Source: Bacteroidales bacterium (GTDB taxonomy: Bacteria > Bacteroidota > Bacteroidia > Bacteroidales > UBA932). From it: DNA of 64,000 nucleotides. The stretch is from positions 11,738-75,737 of the forward strand of contig JALCMP010000005.1 of the NCBI GenBank assembly GCA_022648545.1, in the 5' to 3' direction. Positions 18,030 through 28,506 of the stretch are shown here, in pieces; position 1 is the stretch's first letter; the number at the start of each line of letters is the position of its first letter. The notes beneath the pieces are model-generated. The model was not told where the DNA came from, did no database searches, and was given only the letters and a program-made list of their open reading frames with translations. A program made the translations under genes and the position numbers.

Positions 18030-19271
18030 TCAGCGAAGCATGCGGACGGCCTTATTAAGACATTCTAGATAGAACTTTGCTTCTTGTAAAGTATTATAAC
18101 ATGCAAAAGACGCCCTAACCATACTCGTAACGCCGAACCTGTTCATCAACGGTTCCGCACACATATGACCGGTGCGAACGGCTATCCCCAATTTGTCAAG
18201 TATTTGTGCTATATCGCTTGGGAAACACCCTTCTATGCTTACTGAGAAAACAGGGACCTTATTTTCCGTATTCCCCTTTTCATGCAGACCATATAATCTT
18301 AGTCCATCTATCTTCGGCAATTCCGTCGAAAGATATTTTACTATTTCTCCGGTTTCTTTCTCCACAGGCTCCTTTAGATCTCCGGAAGAAACTCTGGCGG
18401 CAAAATCGAGAGCGGGAATAAATGAAGCTGTCCCCGTAAAATTAGGAGTTCCGGCTTCGAACTTAAGAGGTATTCCGGCAAAAGTAGTATGTGCATATGT
18501 AACCTTGTCTATCATTTCGCCCCCGGACATATAAGGAGGCATCTCTTCCAGCCATTTCTTTTTTCCATAAAGTACGCCTGTGCCGGTTGCAGCATAAATC
18601 TTATGTCCGGAAAAAGCATAAAAATCACAATCAAGATCCCTAACGTCAACCTTACTGTGCACAACCCCCTGCGCTCCATCTACAAGCACAGGAATACCCA
18701 GGGAATGTGCCAGTTCCGTAAGTTTTTTAACAGGATTTACAAGTCCCAGGACATTGGAAATATGAGTTGCGGCAACTATTTTTACGGATTTATCCAACAA
18801 GTTCCCCAGATAGGCCATATCCCATTCCCCGTTTTCCTTTAACGGCAATATTTTTACGGAAGCACCAACCCTTTCTGCTGCAAGCTGCCACGGAACCAAA
18901 TTAGAGTGATGTGCGTCTCCCGTTACCAGGATTGAATCCCCATGTTCGAGAAAACGAGCACAATAACATGAAGCTACAAGATTTATGGAAGAAGTAGTTC
19001 CATATGTAAATATTATATTTTCGCGTTCTGGAGCATTTATAAATTTTGCAACAGTATCCCTTGCCTTTTCGAATAATTCAGTAACATCATCTCCCAACTT
19101 GTAGACGGAGCGATGGACATTTGCGTTCATTCCTCCGTTCATTTTATCAATAAGATCTATTACCTCGCGTGGTTTTTGCGAAGTAGCAGAATTATCGAGA
19201 TATACCAAAGGCTTACCATTCATCATTCCCTGCAATGCAGGAAACATTTTCCTTATTTCTTCTATTTTCAT
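18030..19271 (-). CDS. sufS: Cysteine desulfurase, SufS type (class V aminotransferase)
   Basis: PLP-lysine region FSGHKIYAATGTGVLYG and catalytic-Cys loop RTGHMCAEP. The ORF-track start at 19283 is TTG. The ATG at 19271 gives MKIEEIRKMFPAL. Confidence 0.9.
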   Translation of the reverse strand: MKIEEIRKMFPALQGMMNGKPLVYLDNSATSQKPREVIDLIDKMNGGMNANVHRSVYKLGDDVTELFEKARDTVAKFINAPERENIIFTYGTTSSINLVASCYCARFLEHGDSILVTGDAHHSNLVPWQLAAERVGASVKILPLKENGEWDMAYLGNLLDKSVKIVAATHISNVLGLVNPVKKLTELAHSLGIPVLVDGAQGVVHSKVDVRDLDCDFYAFSGHKIYAATGTGVLYGKKKWLEEMPPYMSGGEMIDKVTYAHTTFAGIPLKFEAGTPNFTGTASFIPALDFAARVSSGDLKEPVEKETGEIVKYLSTELPKIDGLRLYGLHEKGNTENKVPVFSVSIEGCFPSDIAQILDKLGIAVRTGHMCAEPLMNRFGVTSMVRASFACYNTLQEAKFYLECLNKAVRMLR

Positions 19272-19319
19272 ATCCTTATACAAATTTATGAAAGTAGTTA
19301 ATTTTTACATAAAAAACCA

Positions 19320-19327
19320 TATTTTTG
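19320..19327 (+). promoter_or_regulatory. Candidate -7 box TATTTTTG upstream of ruvA
   Basis: Exact TAnnTTTG match 18 nt upstream of the ruvA ATG. Confidence 0.4.
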
Positions 19328-19345
19328 CCATAGAAACATTTTCAT

Positions 19346-19927
19346 ATGTACGATTATATTAAAGGGAAACTGGCAGAACTAACCCCAACACAGGCCATAA
19401 TTGAAAATTCCGGAATCGGATGGAAACTGGAAATTTCACTGCAGACATATTCCGGCATACAGGGACGCGACGAAATAAAACTATTTGTTTATCACCATCT
19501 ACGCGAGGATGCGGAACTCCTCTATGGCTTTTTCGATAAAAAAGAACGCGAAATGTTTGAAAAGCTGATAGGGGTTTCCGGTATAGGTCCTAATACTGCA
19601 AGAGTTATACTCTCTTCTCTTACCATAGACGAACTCACTTCCGCAGTATTAAATGGAGATGTATCTAAAATAAAGAGTATCAAAGGTATAGGGCTAAAAA
19701 CAGCACAAAGGCTTATAATTGACATAAAAGATTCCATCGGAAAATCAGGAAAAAACGAACTCCCGCTGCAGCCACAAAACAACGATATACACGATGAAAC
19801 TCTTTCGGCTCTTACTCTTCTTGGCTTTCCGAAATCGTCTGCAGAAAAAGTCATCTCAAAAAATCTCAAAGAGCACCCGTCAAGCTCTTTGGAAGAATTA
19901 ATAAAATTATGCCTCAAGTCATTATGA
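19346..19927 (+). CDS. ruvA: Holliday junction DNA helicase subunit RuvA
   Basis: MYDYIKG N-terminus, helix-hairpin-helix motifs GVSGIGPNTARVILS and IKGIGLKTAQRLI, 193 aa. Confidence 0.9.
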   Translation: MYDYIKGKLAELTPTQAIIENSGIGWKLEISLQTYSGIQGRDEIKLFVYHHLREDAELLYGFFDKKEREMFEKLIGVSGIGPNTARVILSSLTIDELTSAVLNGDVSKIKSIKGIGLKTAQRLIIDIKDSIGKSGKNELPLQPQNNDIHDETLSALTLLGFPKSSAEKVISKNLKEHPSSSLEELIKLCLKSL

Positions 19928-19982
19928 TATCAAAAATAATTCATAAATTTGTTCAAAATAATCACATATTATAACCATTATC

Positions 19983-20360
19983 ATGAAAATACCTACCGAT
20001 TTAAAGTATTCTATAGACCATGAATGGGTCAGGACCGAAGGCAACGTAGCAACCGTCGGAATTACCGATTATGCCCAAAGCGAATTAGGGGATATCGTAT
20101 TCGTAGATATTACTACGAAAGACGAGGATCTTGATGCCGGCGAATTATTCGGGAACATCGAAGCTGTAAAGACAGTAGCGGATGCCCTTATGCCTGTCTC
20201 CGGAAAAGTTCTGGAAGTAAATACTTCGCTTGAAGAGTCACCTGAAAACGTAAACGACGACCCTTACGGAACAGGATGGCTTATAAAAATAGAAATGAGA
20301 TTTCCTGAAGAACTTGAAAAGTTACTTGATGCTAATGCCTATGAAAACTTGTGCAAATAG
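19983..20360 (+). CDS. gcvH: Glycine cleavage system H protein
   Basis: YSIDHEWV, GITDYAQ, and lipoyl-lysine motif IEAVKTVADALMPVSG. Length is 125 aa. Confidence 0.9.
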   Translation: MKIPTDLKYSIDHEWVRTEGNVATVGITDYAQSELGDIVFVDITTKDEDLDAGELFGNIEAVKTVADALMPVSGKVLEVNTSLEESPENVNDDPYGTGWLIKIEMRFPEELEKLLDANAYENLCK

Positions 20361-20402
20361 ATTCCCCGGAGATTTATAATTTTTCCATTTTAAATAAGTT
20401 GT

Positions 20403-20438
20403 ACAAAGCCGTTGAGAAAAAGTTCTTGACGGCTTTGT
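20403..20438. terminator. Bidirectional terminator hairpin between convergent gcvH and mnmG
   Basis: ACAAAGCCGTTGAGAA, loop AAAG, TTCTTGACGGCTTTGT. The stem is 16 bp including two G-U pairs. Confidence 0.6.
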
Positions 20439-20453
20439 CATTTTCCCCCAGCT

Positions 20454-22460
20454 CTATCTTCCGAAATAGACCAACAGAACAGAAATATCAGAAGGTGAAA
20501 CGCCTGGTATTCTGGAAGCCTGAGCTATTGTGACGGGCCTGTGCTTAATCAATTTCTGCCTGCCTTCAGTCGACAAAGAAGCAACCCTTTTATAATCGAA
20601 AGCTTCAGGTATATTAACGTTTTCCAACTTTAGCATTTTATCTGCGATTCTGCGTTCTCTTTCAATATAGCCTCTGTATTTTACAGCAATTTCAACGCTC
20701 TGCAATATTTCTTCCTTTAAAGAGAACCTTAAACATTCCGTCTCTTCCACAGTGCTATTCTTAACCGCAAACCTCGAAGGCTTATAAGGCAGAGGAGCTC
20801 CTATACCCTCCATTTCCTCACGTACAGGGAAGTCTTTTTCCAGGAGGTGTATGTTTTCTTCCAATATTGTTCCACGTGGAACAGCCTCTATTAATTCGTC
20901 AATTTTCACCTGAGGGCGCAAAAGTATATCAGAAAAGCTCTTCTTATACTCTATTTTAGTTGTCCCGCAGGAAATTAAATACTTATTTACCTCCACAGGT
21001 GATACTTTTTCGGAATCAAGAAAATTAACAAGCTGGGAAATAACTTTATACTTACGTAACGAGAGCTTATAACGTTCTTCAGACGCAAGTCCTATCGAAT
21101 AGCCGATCTCCGTAAGGCGCAAATCCGCGTCATCCTGCCGCAACAATATCCTGTATTCAGCGCGTGAGGTAAACATTCTGTAAGGTTCATCTACGCCTTT
21201 GGTTACAAGATCATCGATTAATACCCCGATATAGGCCTTGTCTCGCCCGAGAATAACAGGTTCCCTCCCCTTTATTTTCATTACGGCATTTATACCGGCA
21301 ATCAAACCCTGCGCAGCAGCTTCCTCATATCCGGTCGTGCCATTAACCTGTCCAGCCATGAAAAGACCTCCGACAAGTTTGGATTCAAGAGACTTCTTCA
21401 ATTGTGTGGGATCAAAGTAATCATATTCTACGGCATATGCAGGTCTGAAGACTTCTGCATGTTCCAGTCCGGGTATCTTATTCATGGCGGAAAGCTGTAT
21501 ATCCATAGGTAGAGAAGAAGAGAAACCCTGCAAATAATATTCATGAGTATCCCACCCTTCCGGTTCCAGGAATAATTGGTGGGAAGTTTTTCCTGCAAAA
21601 GTGCGCAATTTATCCTCTATGCTTGGACAATACCTTGGCCCCACTCCATGTATGAGGCCGTTAAATAAGGGAGAATCCTTGAAACCGCTCCTTAATATGT
21701 CATGAACTTCTTCATTTGTATGTACCATATAGCAGCACATCTGCTTTCTGCCAGCCTGTATTGGGGACAAGATATTCATGAAAGAAAATCGGGCGGGGAA
21801 AGAATCTCCTTCCTGTTTTTCTAGTTTGGAAAGATCTACGGTTTTCGCATCCAGTCTTGGAGGGGTTCCGGTTTTCATCCTTCCGGTTTTTATACCACAG
21901 GAAACCAGCCTTTCCGTTACACCGTGAGCCGCCAGTTCTCCTATCCTTCCTCCGGAAGCGGAATTCCTTCCTATAAATAATTTGCCGTTCAGGAATGTCC
22001 CTGCAGTAATAACTACACACGGAGAATGGAATACAGCCCCCATGGAAGTTCTTACTCCTGCAACTCTATGGTTATCAATGACTAAATCTACAACAACATC
22101 CTGCCATATATGCAATCCCGGAGTATTTTCAAGAACAAATCTCCAATTATATGAAAAATATAATCTGTCACATTGCGCTCGCGGACTCCAGACCGCAGGC
22201 CCCTTTGAAATATTCAACATTCGAAATTGGATGGTGCTTGCATCAGTAACCAATCCGGTACATCCGCCCAATGCATCAATTTCCCGCACGATCTGCCCTT
22301 TTGCAATTCCGCCGATAGCAGGGTTGCATGACATTTGTGCAATTTTGTTCATATCCATCGTCACAAGCAAAACCCTGCATCCCAATTTAGCTGAAGCAAA
22401 GGCAGCCTCACAACCGGCATGTCCGGCTCCTATTACTATTATATCATACTTATCATTCAT
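20454..22460 (-). CDS. mnmG: tRNA uridine-5-carboxymethylaminomethyl synthesis enzyme MnmG (GidA)
   Basis: FAD motif [16 protein letters not shown], then [11 protein letters not shown] and the C-terminal [15 protein letters not shown]. At 668 aa it is somewhat longer than the roughly 620-630 aa I expect. Confidence 0.95.
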   Translation of the reverse strand: MNDKYDIIVIGAGHAGCEAAFASAKLGCRVLLVTMDMNKIAQMSCNPAIGGIAKGQIVREIDALGGCTGLVTDASTIQFRMLNISKGPAVWSPRAQCDRLYFSYNWRFVLENTPGLHIWQDVVVDLVIDNHRVAGVRTSMGAVFHSPCVVITAGTFLNGKLFIGRNSASGGRIGELAAHGVTERLVSCGIKTGRMKTGTPPRLDAKTVDLSKLEKQEGDSFPARFSFMNILSPIQAGRKQMCCYMVHTNEEVHDILRSGFKDSPLFNGLIHGVGPRYCPSIEDKLRTFAGKTSHQLFLEPEGWDTHEYYLQGFSSSLPMDIQLSAMNKIPGLEHAEVFRPAYAVEYDYFDPTQLKKSLESKLVGGLFMAGQVNGTTGYEEAAAQGLIAGINAVMKIKGREPVILGRDKAYIGVLIDDLVTKGVDEPYRMFTSRAEYRILLRQDDADLRLTEIGYSIGLASEERYKLSLRKYKVISQLVNFLDSEKVSPVEVNKYLISCGTTKIEYKKSFSDILLRPQVKIDELIEAVPRGTILEENIHLLEKDFPVREEMEGIGAPLPYKPSRFAVKNSTVEETECLRFSLKEEILQSVEIAVKYRGYIERERRIADKMLKLENVNIPEAFDYKRVASLSTEGRQKLIKHRPVTIAQASRIPGVSPSDISVLLVYFGR

Positions 22461-22893
22461 TTGCGGTATCTATTAGTAAATCCCCTGCAAAAGCCAGTGC
22501 GGCATCTTCTTCCTCGTGAATCTTCGCAGTCTGCATTTCCGTAGCATCGTCGTACCCGAGCAAGTGTAATACGCCATGTATTATTACACGGTACAATTCC
22601 CTTAGGAAAGGCTGACCATATTCGGAGGCATTAATACGTACCGTATCTATACTTATATAGAGCTCCCCCGAAATGAGAAGACCTTCGCAATAATCAAATG
22701 TTATTATATCCGTATAATAATTGTGCTTGAGAAAATGTTTGTTCATATTAAGCAAATATCCATCACTGCAAAAAACGACGTTAATATCGGACATCTTTTT
22801 GCCATGAGATTCTATAACGGATTTCACCCATTTTCCGGACCCTCTTTTATTTTTTAAATCAAAAGGTACATCTGCTGATAAAAATCTAATCAT
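22453..22893 (-). CDS. ybeY: rRNA maturation endoribonuclease YbeY
   Basis: Zinc motif [11 protein letters not shown], 146 aa, 8-nt overlap with the mnmG start. Confidence 0.9.
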   Translation of the reverse strand: MIRFLSADVPFDLKNKRGSGKWVKSVIESHGKKMSDINVVFCSDGYLLNMNKHFLKHNYYTDIITFDYCEGLLISGELYISIDTVRINASEYGQPFLRELYRVIIHGVLHLLGYDDATEMQTAKIHEEEDAALAFAGDLLIDTANE

Positions 22894-23017
22894 AATCCGC
22901 TTTAAAGGTAATTTAAAAGTAATTTTGCAAAACTACAATTTTCTTGCAAAGTTGTATAATTTAAAAATAATATTTAATTTTACATCGCTTAACTACGAAT
23001 TAAAGAAGGTATATAAT

Positions 23018-23710
23018 ATGGAAAGCAAAAAAACACCGAGAGCCGACCTGGAAAACAAAAAACTTCTTTTCAGGGAAATAGGTCTCATTGTGGCTTTGGG
23101 ATGCATTCTTGTCGCTTTCGAATGGAAATCCACGACTTCCACCATAAGCACATTAAAAGCAGCTCCGAAAATAGAAGCCGAAGAGGAAATCGCACCGATT
23201 ACACGTGAGCAACCTCAAAATGTTCCGCCTCCTCCAAAAGCACCGGTATTGTCCGACTTTATCGATATCGTTGACGACAACGTAAAGGTCAACGACAAAC
23301 TTCTGACTATAGAAGACGATAAAAATCTCGGTGTGGAAGTAAAGAACTATGTTCCTCAGCAGGAAACGGAAGAAGTTGTTGAAGACGAGGTAATTCCTTT
23401 CGCAATAATCGAAGAAAAACCTAAATTCCAGGGAGGAGATCAGAATACATTTACCAAATGGGTATATGCTAATCTGGAATATCCTGAGATAGCAAAGGAA
23501 AATGGAATACAGGGAAGAGTCGTGGTAAAATTCGTCGTAGATAAAACAGGCAAGGTTACAGATGTCAGCGTTATAAGAGGTGTAGACCCTTCGCTTGACA
23601 ATGAAGCGATGAAAGTTATAAAAAGTTCTCCGAGATGGACTCCGGGACGTCAAAGACATAAACCTACCAAGGTTTCGTTCACATTCCCTATTATCTTCCA
23701 GCTGAGATAA
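23018..23710 (+). CDS. TonB-family energy transducer
   Basis: N-terminal TM (IGLIVALGCILVAF), a Pro-rich linker (PQNVPPPPKAP) and a C-terminal TonB domain (PKFQGGD...YPEIAKENGIQGRVVVKFVVDKTGKV). The ATG at 23018 is preferred over the TTG-type extension at 22925. Confidence 0.8.
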   Translation: MESKKTPRADLENKKLLFREIGLIVALGCILVAFEWKSTTSTISTLKAAPKIEAEEEIAPITREQPQNVPPPPKAPVLSDFIDIVDDNVKVNDKLLTIEDDKNLGVEVKNYVPQQETEEVVEDEVIPFAIIEEKPKFQGGDQNTFTKWVYANLEYPEIAKENGIQGRVVVKFVVDKTGKVTDVSVIRGVDPSLDNEAMKVIKSSPRWTPGRQRHKPTKVSFTFPIIFQLR

Positions 23711-23726
23711 ATAAAACACGATATAT

Positions 23727-23764
23727 AAAAAAAGCGATTGATTTTATTTTCAATCGCTTTTTTT
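23727..23764. terminator. Bidirectional intrinsic terminator
   Basis: AAAAAAAGCGATTGA, loop TTTTATTT, TCAATCGCTTTTTTT. All 15 positions pair: a 9-bp AGCGATTGA/TCAATCGCT core extended by six A-T pairs. It lies between the convergent tonB-like and lactonase genes. Confidence 0.7.
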
Positions 23765-23780
23765 ATACTCTGTATTATCC

Positions 23781-24911
23781 TTAATCTCTATCAATAAAAC
23801 GGATGCAGGAGGGTTTATTCATAGTTATATTTTTGTGCATGTCGGTAAGCATGCCCGTTGCCGGGTTACGTTTAAATACCTGGATTACATTACTGTCACG
23901 GCAGGCAACCAGCAGGAATTTTCCGTTTGGAGATATTGCAAAATTACGCGGATGTACTAAAGTCGGCTGATAGCCGATTTTAACAAGCAGGCCGTCCGAC
24001 TTGATGCGGAAGATAGATATCCCGTCGTCTTTAAGTCTGTGCGAGGTGTAAAGAAATTTTCCGTCGGGAGAAATATGAATATCAGCGCTCCCGCCCGCCC
24101 TTGAGGAATCGGCAAGGATGTACTGTACGGCTCTAAGCGTACTGTCAGCGTATCTGAAAGTTATGACGTTTCCGGACAATTCGTTTATAAGATATGCATA
24201 TTCCCCGTTTATACCGAAAGTTATATGACGCGGCCCCGATCCAGCCGCAACTTTTATATCTGTAGCCTTGTTGCCGATAAGAAATGATGCGGCATCGTCA
24301 ACGACCTGGTTATTTACGGTAAATTCATGGATTTTATCCGCCCCAAGGTCATCGGCGAAGAGGCGTGTGGAATCAGGAGAAAAGGCTATACAATGTATAT
24401 GGGAAGTTGCTTGTCTTATTGTATCCGGACCAGAGCCGCCGAACTGTATCAAATGGGATTCATCGGATAACGAACCGTCTTTCTTCACAGGAAAAATAGT
24501 TATGCTCCCTCCGGAGTAATTTGACGTAAGAACGAATTTCCCGTTGGGAGAAATAATTATATTACATGGATCCGCACCATACGTAGGAACGGAATTTAAA
24601 AGTTTTATTTCTCTATTTTTACGGTCATATGACAATGCATTGGCACAAGCACCCGACCCGTTAAGCTCCCCTACGGCATAAAAGATGTTGCCACAGGGAT
24701 CGGGTACAACATAAGAGGGATTAGGAATTCCTCTGGCCCCTGCAATATATGACCATGACCCGTTATTCTGATCGAATGAATATAATTTTATACCTTCCTC
24801 CTTCTGGGAAGAATAACTGCCGAGAACCACTTCAACTCTGTCTTGTCTTGCACATGACAAGAGAAAAAAAGAGAGAAGGGGAAAAATTACTAACGATGCT
24901 TTCTTAAACAT
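23781..24911 (-). CDS. Lactonase-family 7-bladed beta-propeller lipoprotein (6-phosphogluconolactonase-like)
   Basis: Lipoprotein signal (LLSFFLLSC) and repeated SPNGKF/SPDGKF/SPDSTR blade motifs typical of the Lactonase family. The ATG at 24911 is used because 24917 is TTG. Confidence 0.75.
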   Translation of the reverse strand: MFKKASLVIFPLLSFFLLSCARQDRVEVVLGSYSSQKEEGIKLYSFDQNNGSWSYIAGARGIPNPSYVVPDPCGNIFYAVGELNGSGACANALSYDRKNREIKLLNSVPTYGADPCNIIISPNGKFVLTSNYSGGSITIFPVKKDGSLSDESHLIQFGGSGPDTIRQATSHIHCIAFSPDSTRLFADDLGADKIHEFTVNNQVVDDAASFLIGNKATDIKVAAGSGPRHITFGINGEYAYLINELSGNVITFRYADSTLRAVQYILADSSRAGGSADIHISPDGKFLYTSHRLKDDGISIFRIKSDGLLVKIGYQPTLVHPRNFAISPNGKFLLVACRDSNVIQVFKRNPATGMLTDMHKNITMNKPSCIRFIDRD

Positions 24912-24977
24912 TATCAATTATTATTAAAATAGATATTACAAAATTAACGCTATCTTTAAATATTGGCAATTAAATTA

Positions 24978-24985
24978 TATTTTTG
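24978..24985 (+). promoter_or_regulatory. Candidate -7 box TATTTTTG upstream of hflX
   Basis: Exact TAnnTTTG match 20 nt upstream of the ATG at 25006. Confidence 0.4.
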
Positions 24986-25005
24986 CAGGGAAACAGAAAT
25001 TATTA

Positions 25006-26172
25006 ATGAATAAAGCAATATTCGTTTCTATAATAACTCCGGAAAATACAGAAGCAAGGGTCGCCGAGAATCTTGATGAATTAAGATTTCTTGCCGAAAC
25101 TGCAGGTATAGAAGGAGATAAAAGATTCGTCCAGCATCTTAATATTCCCAATTCAAAAAATTACGTCGGAGAAGGGAAACTTAAGGAAATCCAATCCTAT
25201 ATAACTAACTCTGAAATAGAATATGTAATATTCGACGATGAACTTTCTCCTTCACAATTAAGAAATATCAGCAAGACACTTAATTGTAAAATACTTGACA
25301 GAACCAATCTTATTCTGGATATTTTTGCACAAAGGGCGAAAACCGCATATGCCAAAACACAGGTGGAACTTGCACAATATCAATACCTGCTACCCAGATT
25401 AACCGGTATGTGGACCCACCTTGAAAGGCAAAGAGGAGGAATAGGAATGAGAGGACCGGGCGAAAGCCAGATAGAAACAGACAGACGCATAGTCCTGTCG
25501 AAAATAAGCCGCCTTAAGAACCAATTAACGAAAATAGATAAGCAGATGGCCTCGCAAAGAGGCAACAGGGGCGGCATGATAAGAGCTTCACTGGTGGGCT
25601 ATACCAATGTAGGCAAAAGCACTCTTATGAATCTCTTATCTAAAAGCGAAGTATTTGCCGAAAATAAGCTGTTCGCCACACTTGATACGACCGTAAGGAA
25701 AGTAGTAATAGGGAATATACCATTTTTGCTTAGCGACACGGTAGGATTCATACGAAAACTGCCGCATCAACTTGTAGAATCTTTTAAAAGTACTCTTGAC
25801 GAAGTAAGGGAATCGGATATTCTCCTTCACGTAATAGATGTCTCCCACCCCGACTTTGAAGAACAATACCGGGTAGTTACCGAAACGCTCAAAGAAATAG
25901 GAGCAGGAAATAAAACTACTTTGCTTATTTTTAACAAAACAGACGCTTTTAAATATATCGAACATACGGAATATGACATAGACGTAAAATCCACGAAAAA
26001 TTATTCTCTGAACGATATAAGGGAGATATGGAATTACAAAAGTAATAATCCGTCGGTATTTATTTCTGCACGCGAAAATATAAATATCGGAGATTTCAGG
26101 AAGAAATTATACGATATGGTTTCGGAAAAATACAGGGGACGGTACCCGTACGAAAAGTTTATCTGGAAGTAA
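25006..26172 (+). CDS. hflX: GTPase HflX
   Basis: HflX N-domain (ELRFLAETAG, LTQIETDRR-like region ESQIETDRR), G1 GYTNVGKSTL and G3 DTVGF. Confidence 0.9.
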   Translation: MNKAIFVSIITPENTEARVAENLDELRFLAETAGIEGDKRFVQHLNIPNSKNYVGEGKLKEIQSYITNSEIEYVIFDDELSPSQLRNISKTLNCKILDRTNLILDIFAQRAKTAYAKTQVELAQYQYLLPRLTGMWTHLERQRGGIGMRGPGESQIETDRRIVLSKISRLKNQLTKIDKQMASQRGNRGGMIRASLVGYTNVGKSTLMNLLSKSEVFAENKLFATLDTTVRKVVIGNIPFLLSDTVGFIRKLPHQLVESFKSTLDEVRESDILLHVIDVSHPDFEEQYRVVTETLKEIGAGNKTTLLIFNKTDAFKYIEHTEYDIDVKSTKNYSLNDIREIWNYKSNNPSVFISARENINIGDFRKKLYDMVSEKYRGRYPYEKFIWK

Positions 26173-26968
26173 AATTCTTATCCAAAAAGGCTTCAAGTAA
26201 TTCAAGGACTTTCTCTGGCTGCTCAATAAATGAATTGTGTCCGCATTTAGGAATAATAGCACCGTCAGCATTTGGGAAACGCTTTAATAAATCAGCAGCA
26301 GTCTCGCTCGGAATGAAATTATCATCTTCCCCAAAAAATAAAAATGCAGGCTGTTTCATGGTTTTTAAAACCTGACAGCTGTCCTCGCGTTCCATCATCC
26401 CTCTTAAACAGGCAATAATACCGTTGGGATCGTGAGTTTCACAATTTTCCACTGTTTCCTCAATTTTTTCGTCCAGCCTACGTAAATTACCCTCTCCATA
26501 CATTCTTGGTATGCTGGAAGCTGCAAGAGTGGTCAGCTTTGAGGCTTTGATTATATTTATCTGCCGCATGCGCCCTTCCCTTTTATTGTGATCGTCGGGG
26601 AATGGTGTAGAATTAAGCAATACGAGTCCTTCAAAAACGTCAGGAAAAGATTTTATACAGGATAGAGCTACATATCCTCCCATGGAATGCCCTGCAACTA
26701 CAGCTTTATCCACCTTGCAGACAGACAGGACGTCACGCACCACGGAAGCGCAAAAATCCATGGTATTTATCTCCTTAGAAGACCCCGACAATCCATGTCC
26801 GGGAAGATCGATGGAAATTACCCGATATTTAGAGGACAGAGCCTCGGCTAACTCGGTAAAGATATACATGGTTTCAAGATAACCATGCAGCAAAACGATT
26901 GTAAGGCCACCTTTTTTCGTATCTGATATATGAACAGGTATATTTTGACAAGTTGAAAAAAATTCCAT
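26159..26968 (-). CDS. Alpha/beta-fold hydrolase
   Basis: HGYLET oxyanion region, nucleophile elbow GHSMGG and a C-terminal GHNSF His motif. The ATG at 26968 is used because 26989 is TTG. Its 3' end overlaps hflX by 14 nt in convergent orientation. Confidence 0.8.
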   Translation of the reverse strand: MEFFSTCQNIPVHISDTKKGGLTIVLLHGYLETMYIFTELAEALSSKYRVISIDLPGHGLSGSSKEINTMDFCASVVRDVLSVCKVDKAVVAGHSMGGYVALSCIKSFPDVFEGLVLLNSTPFPDDHNKREGRMRQINIIKASKLTTLAASSIPRMYGEGNLRRLDEKIEETVENCETHDPNGIIACLRGMMEREDSCQVLKTMKQPAFLFFGEDDNFIPSETAADLLKRFPNADGAIIPKCGHNSFIEQPEKVLELLEAFLDKNFTSR

Positions 26969-26986
26969 AACAAAACCCTCTTTTTG

Positions 26987-26994
26987 CAAAAATA
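26987..26994 (-). promoter_or_regulatory. Candidate -7 box TATTTTTG upstream of the alpha/beta hydrolase gene
   Basis: The reverse complement of CAAAAATA matches TAnnTTTG, 18 nt upstream of the ATG at 26968. Confidence 0.4.
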
Positions 26995-27073
26995 TAAAAT
27001 TATCAATTATTTATATACTATATTTGTACCGCCTGGTTTTATACTCTTTAATTAACTTATAAATTTAGAAAAA

Positions 27074-27628
27074 ATGAAATCCTGTAAATTTATTAAACTA
27101 TTAGTATTAATCTGTACTGTCTCACTTCTGACGGCCAGCTGCAACAGCTCCGATGATCCAATAAACTACAACGGATCATGGACCATTTCTAATCAAATCG
27201 GCATACAATGTACTTTAAATGACGGCCTGACATCAACTGATACTGTAGGAGTGGCAACTATCCTTAAAAAATTCAAATCTAAACTTCTGTCAGATTTAAG
27301 TAAAATGAAGGAAATAGATATCACATTAAAAGATAATGCTACAAGTGGAAACTTGGTAATGTATTATAATTCGGCTGCAGTTACAGGTATATTTTCAATT
27401 ATGACCAAATACGGAGGAAATAATTATTTTGAAATAAAAGCACCTGCATTATCTCCAGACTCTTTCTATGGCATTGCAGTAAGAAACCAGATGGAACTGC
27501 ATTTCCCTTCTTCATTCATATATGAATCCTTTTCGAAGAACGGAGCAACAAGTACGGAAATTACGTTTCTGAAGAAAATTATGAAAAGCATTTTCGGCAT
27601 TGCAATATTTGATAGAGCATCCGTTTAA
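27074..27628 (+). CDS. Hypothetical lipoprotein
   Basis: Lipobox LLTASC followed by a Ser/Asp-rich linker, 184 aa, with a terminator immediately downstream. I recognise no family motif. Confidence 0.6.
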   Translation: MKSCKFIKLLVLICTVSLLTASCNSSDDPINYNGSWTISNQIGIQCTLNDGLTSTDTVGVATILKKFKSKLLSDLSKMKEIDITLKDNATSGNLVMYYNSAAVTGIFSIMTKYGGNNYFEIKAPALSPDSFYGIAVRNQMELHFPSSFIYESFSKNGATSTEITFLKKIMKSIFGIAIFDRASV

Positions 27629-27650
27629 ATGCAAACATTATAACATAAAT

Positions 27651-27699
27651 AATAATAAAAAGAGGGACGGGTTATTAACTCGTCCCTCTTTTTATTATT
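27651..27699. terminator. Bidirectional intrinsic terminator (perfect 19-bp stem)
   Basis: AATAATAAAAAGAGGGACG, loop GGTTATTAACT, CGTCCCTCTTTTTATTATT. It lies between the lipoprotein gene (+) and frdB (-). Confidence 0.75.
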
Positions 27700-27715
27700 A
27701 TCCGAAACGTAAGAA

Positions 27716-28492
27716 TTAATCCTTGAATTTTGCAGAAAGGAATTCTCTGTTCAGTCTTGCTATATTAGAAACTGAGATACCCTTGGGGCATTCCGCTTCG
27801 CACGCCTGGGTATTGGTACATGCTCCGAATCCCAGTTCATCCATTTTGGCAACCATAGCCTTTGCTCTCCTGCAGGCTTCAGGTCTGCCCTGAGGCAATA
27901 ATGCAAGGGAACTGACCCTGGCAGCAACGAAAAGCATTGCAGAACCGTTCTTACATGAAGCTACGCAAGCTCCGCAACCTATACAGGATGCAGCATCCAT
28001 ACTTTTATCAGCCTTTTCCTTTGGTACGGGGATAGCATTGGCATCCGGTACCGCTCCTGGATTTATGGAAATAAAACCTCCGGCCTGCAGTATCTGATCG
28101 AAAGCATTTCTATTTACGACCAAATCCTTTACTACCGGAAAAGCTGCACTTCTCCATGGTTCCACAGTAATCGTTTCTCCATCCTTAAAATTACGCATGA
28201 ACAACTGGCATGTGGTTACCAGAGCACCGGGACCATGCGGATGACCGTTGATGTAAAGTGAACAGGCACCGCATATACCCTCGCGGCAATCGTGATCGAA
28301 ACTTACAGGACCGCTATGGCAGCCTTTGTTTACGGCAACCGGGTCCATATCTTCGTGGATAAGCTGCTCGTTAAGGATATCCATCATTTCAAGGAAAGAA
28401 GTATCCTCCGCAATATCTTTAACGTGATATGTTTCGAAACGGCCTTTTTCCTTTGCGTTTTTCTGACGCCAAACTTTTAACGTGAAATTCAT
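27716..28492 (-). CDS. frdB: Succinate dehydrogenase/fumarate reductase iron-sulfur subunit
   Basis: Three Cys clusters: [21 protein letters not shown] and [12 protein letters not shown]. Length is 258 aa. Confidence 0.95.
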   Translation of the reverse strand: MNFTLKVWRQKNAKEKGRFETYHVKDIAEDTSFLEMMDILNEQLIHEDMDPVAVNKGCHSGPVSFDHDCREGICGACSLYINGHPHGPGALVTTCQLFMRNFKDGETITVEPWRSAAFPVVKDLVVNRNAFDQILQAGGFISINPGAVPDANAIPVPKEKADKSMDAASCIGCGACVASCKNGSAMLFVAARVSSLALLPQGRPEACRRAKAMVAKMDELGFGACTNTQACEAECPKGISVSNIARLNREFLSAKFKD

Positions 28493-28506
28493 ATCTTTTT
28501 TAACCT

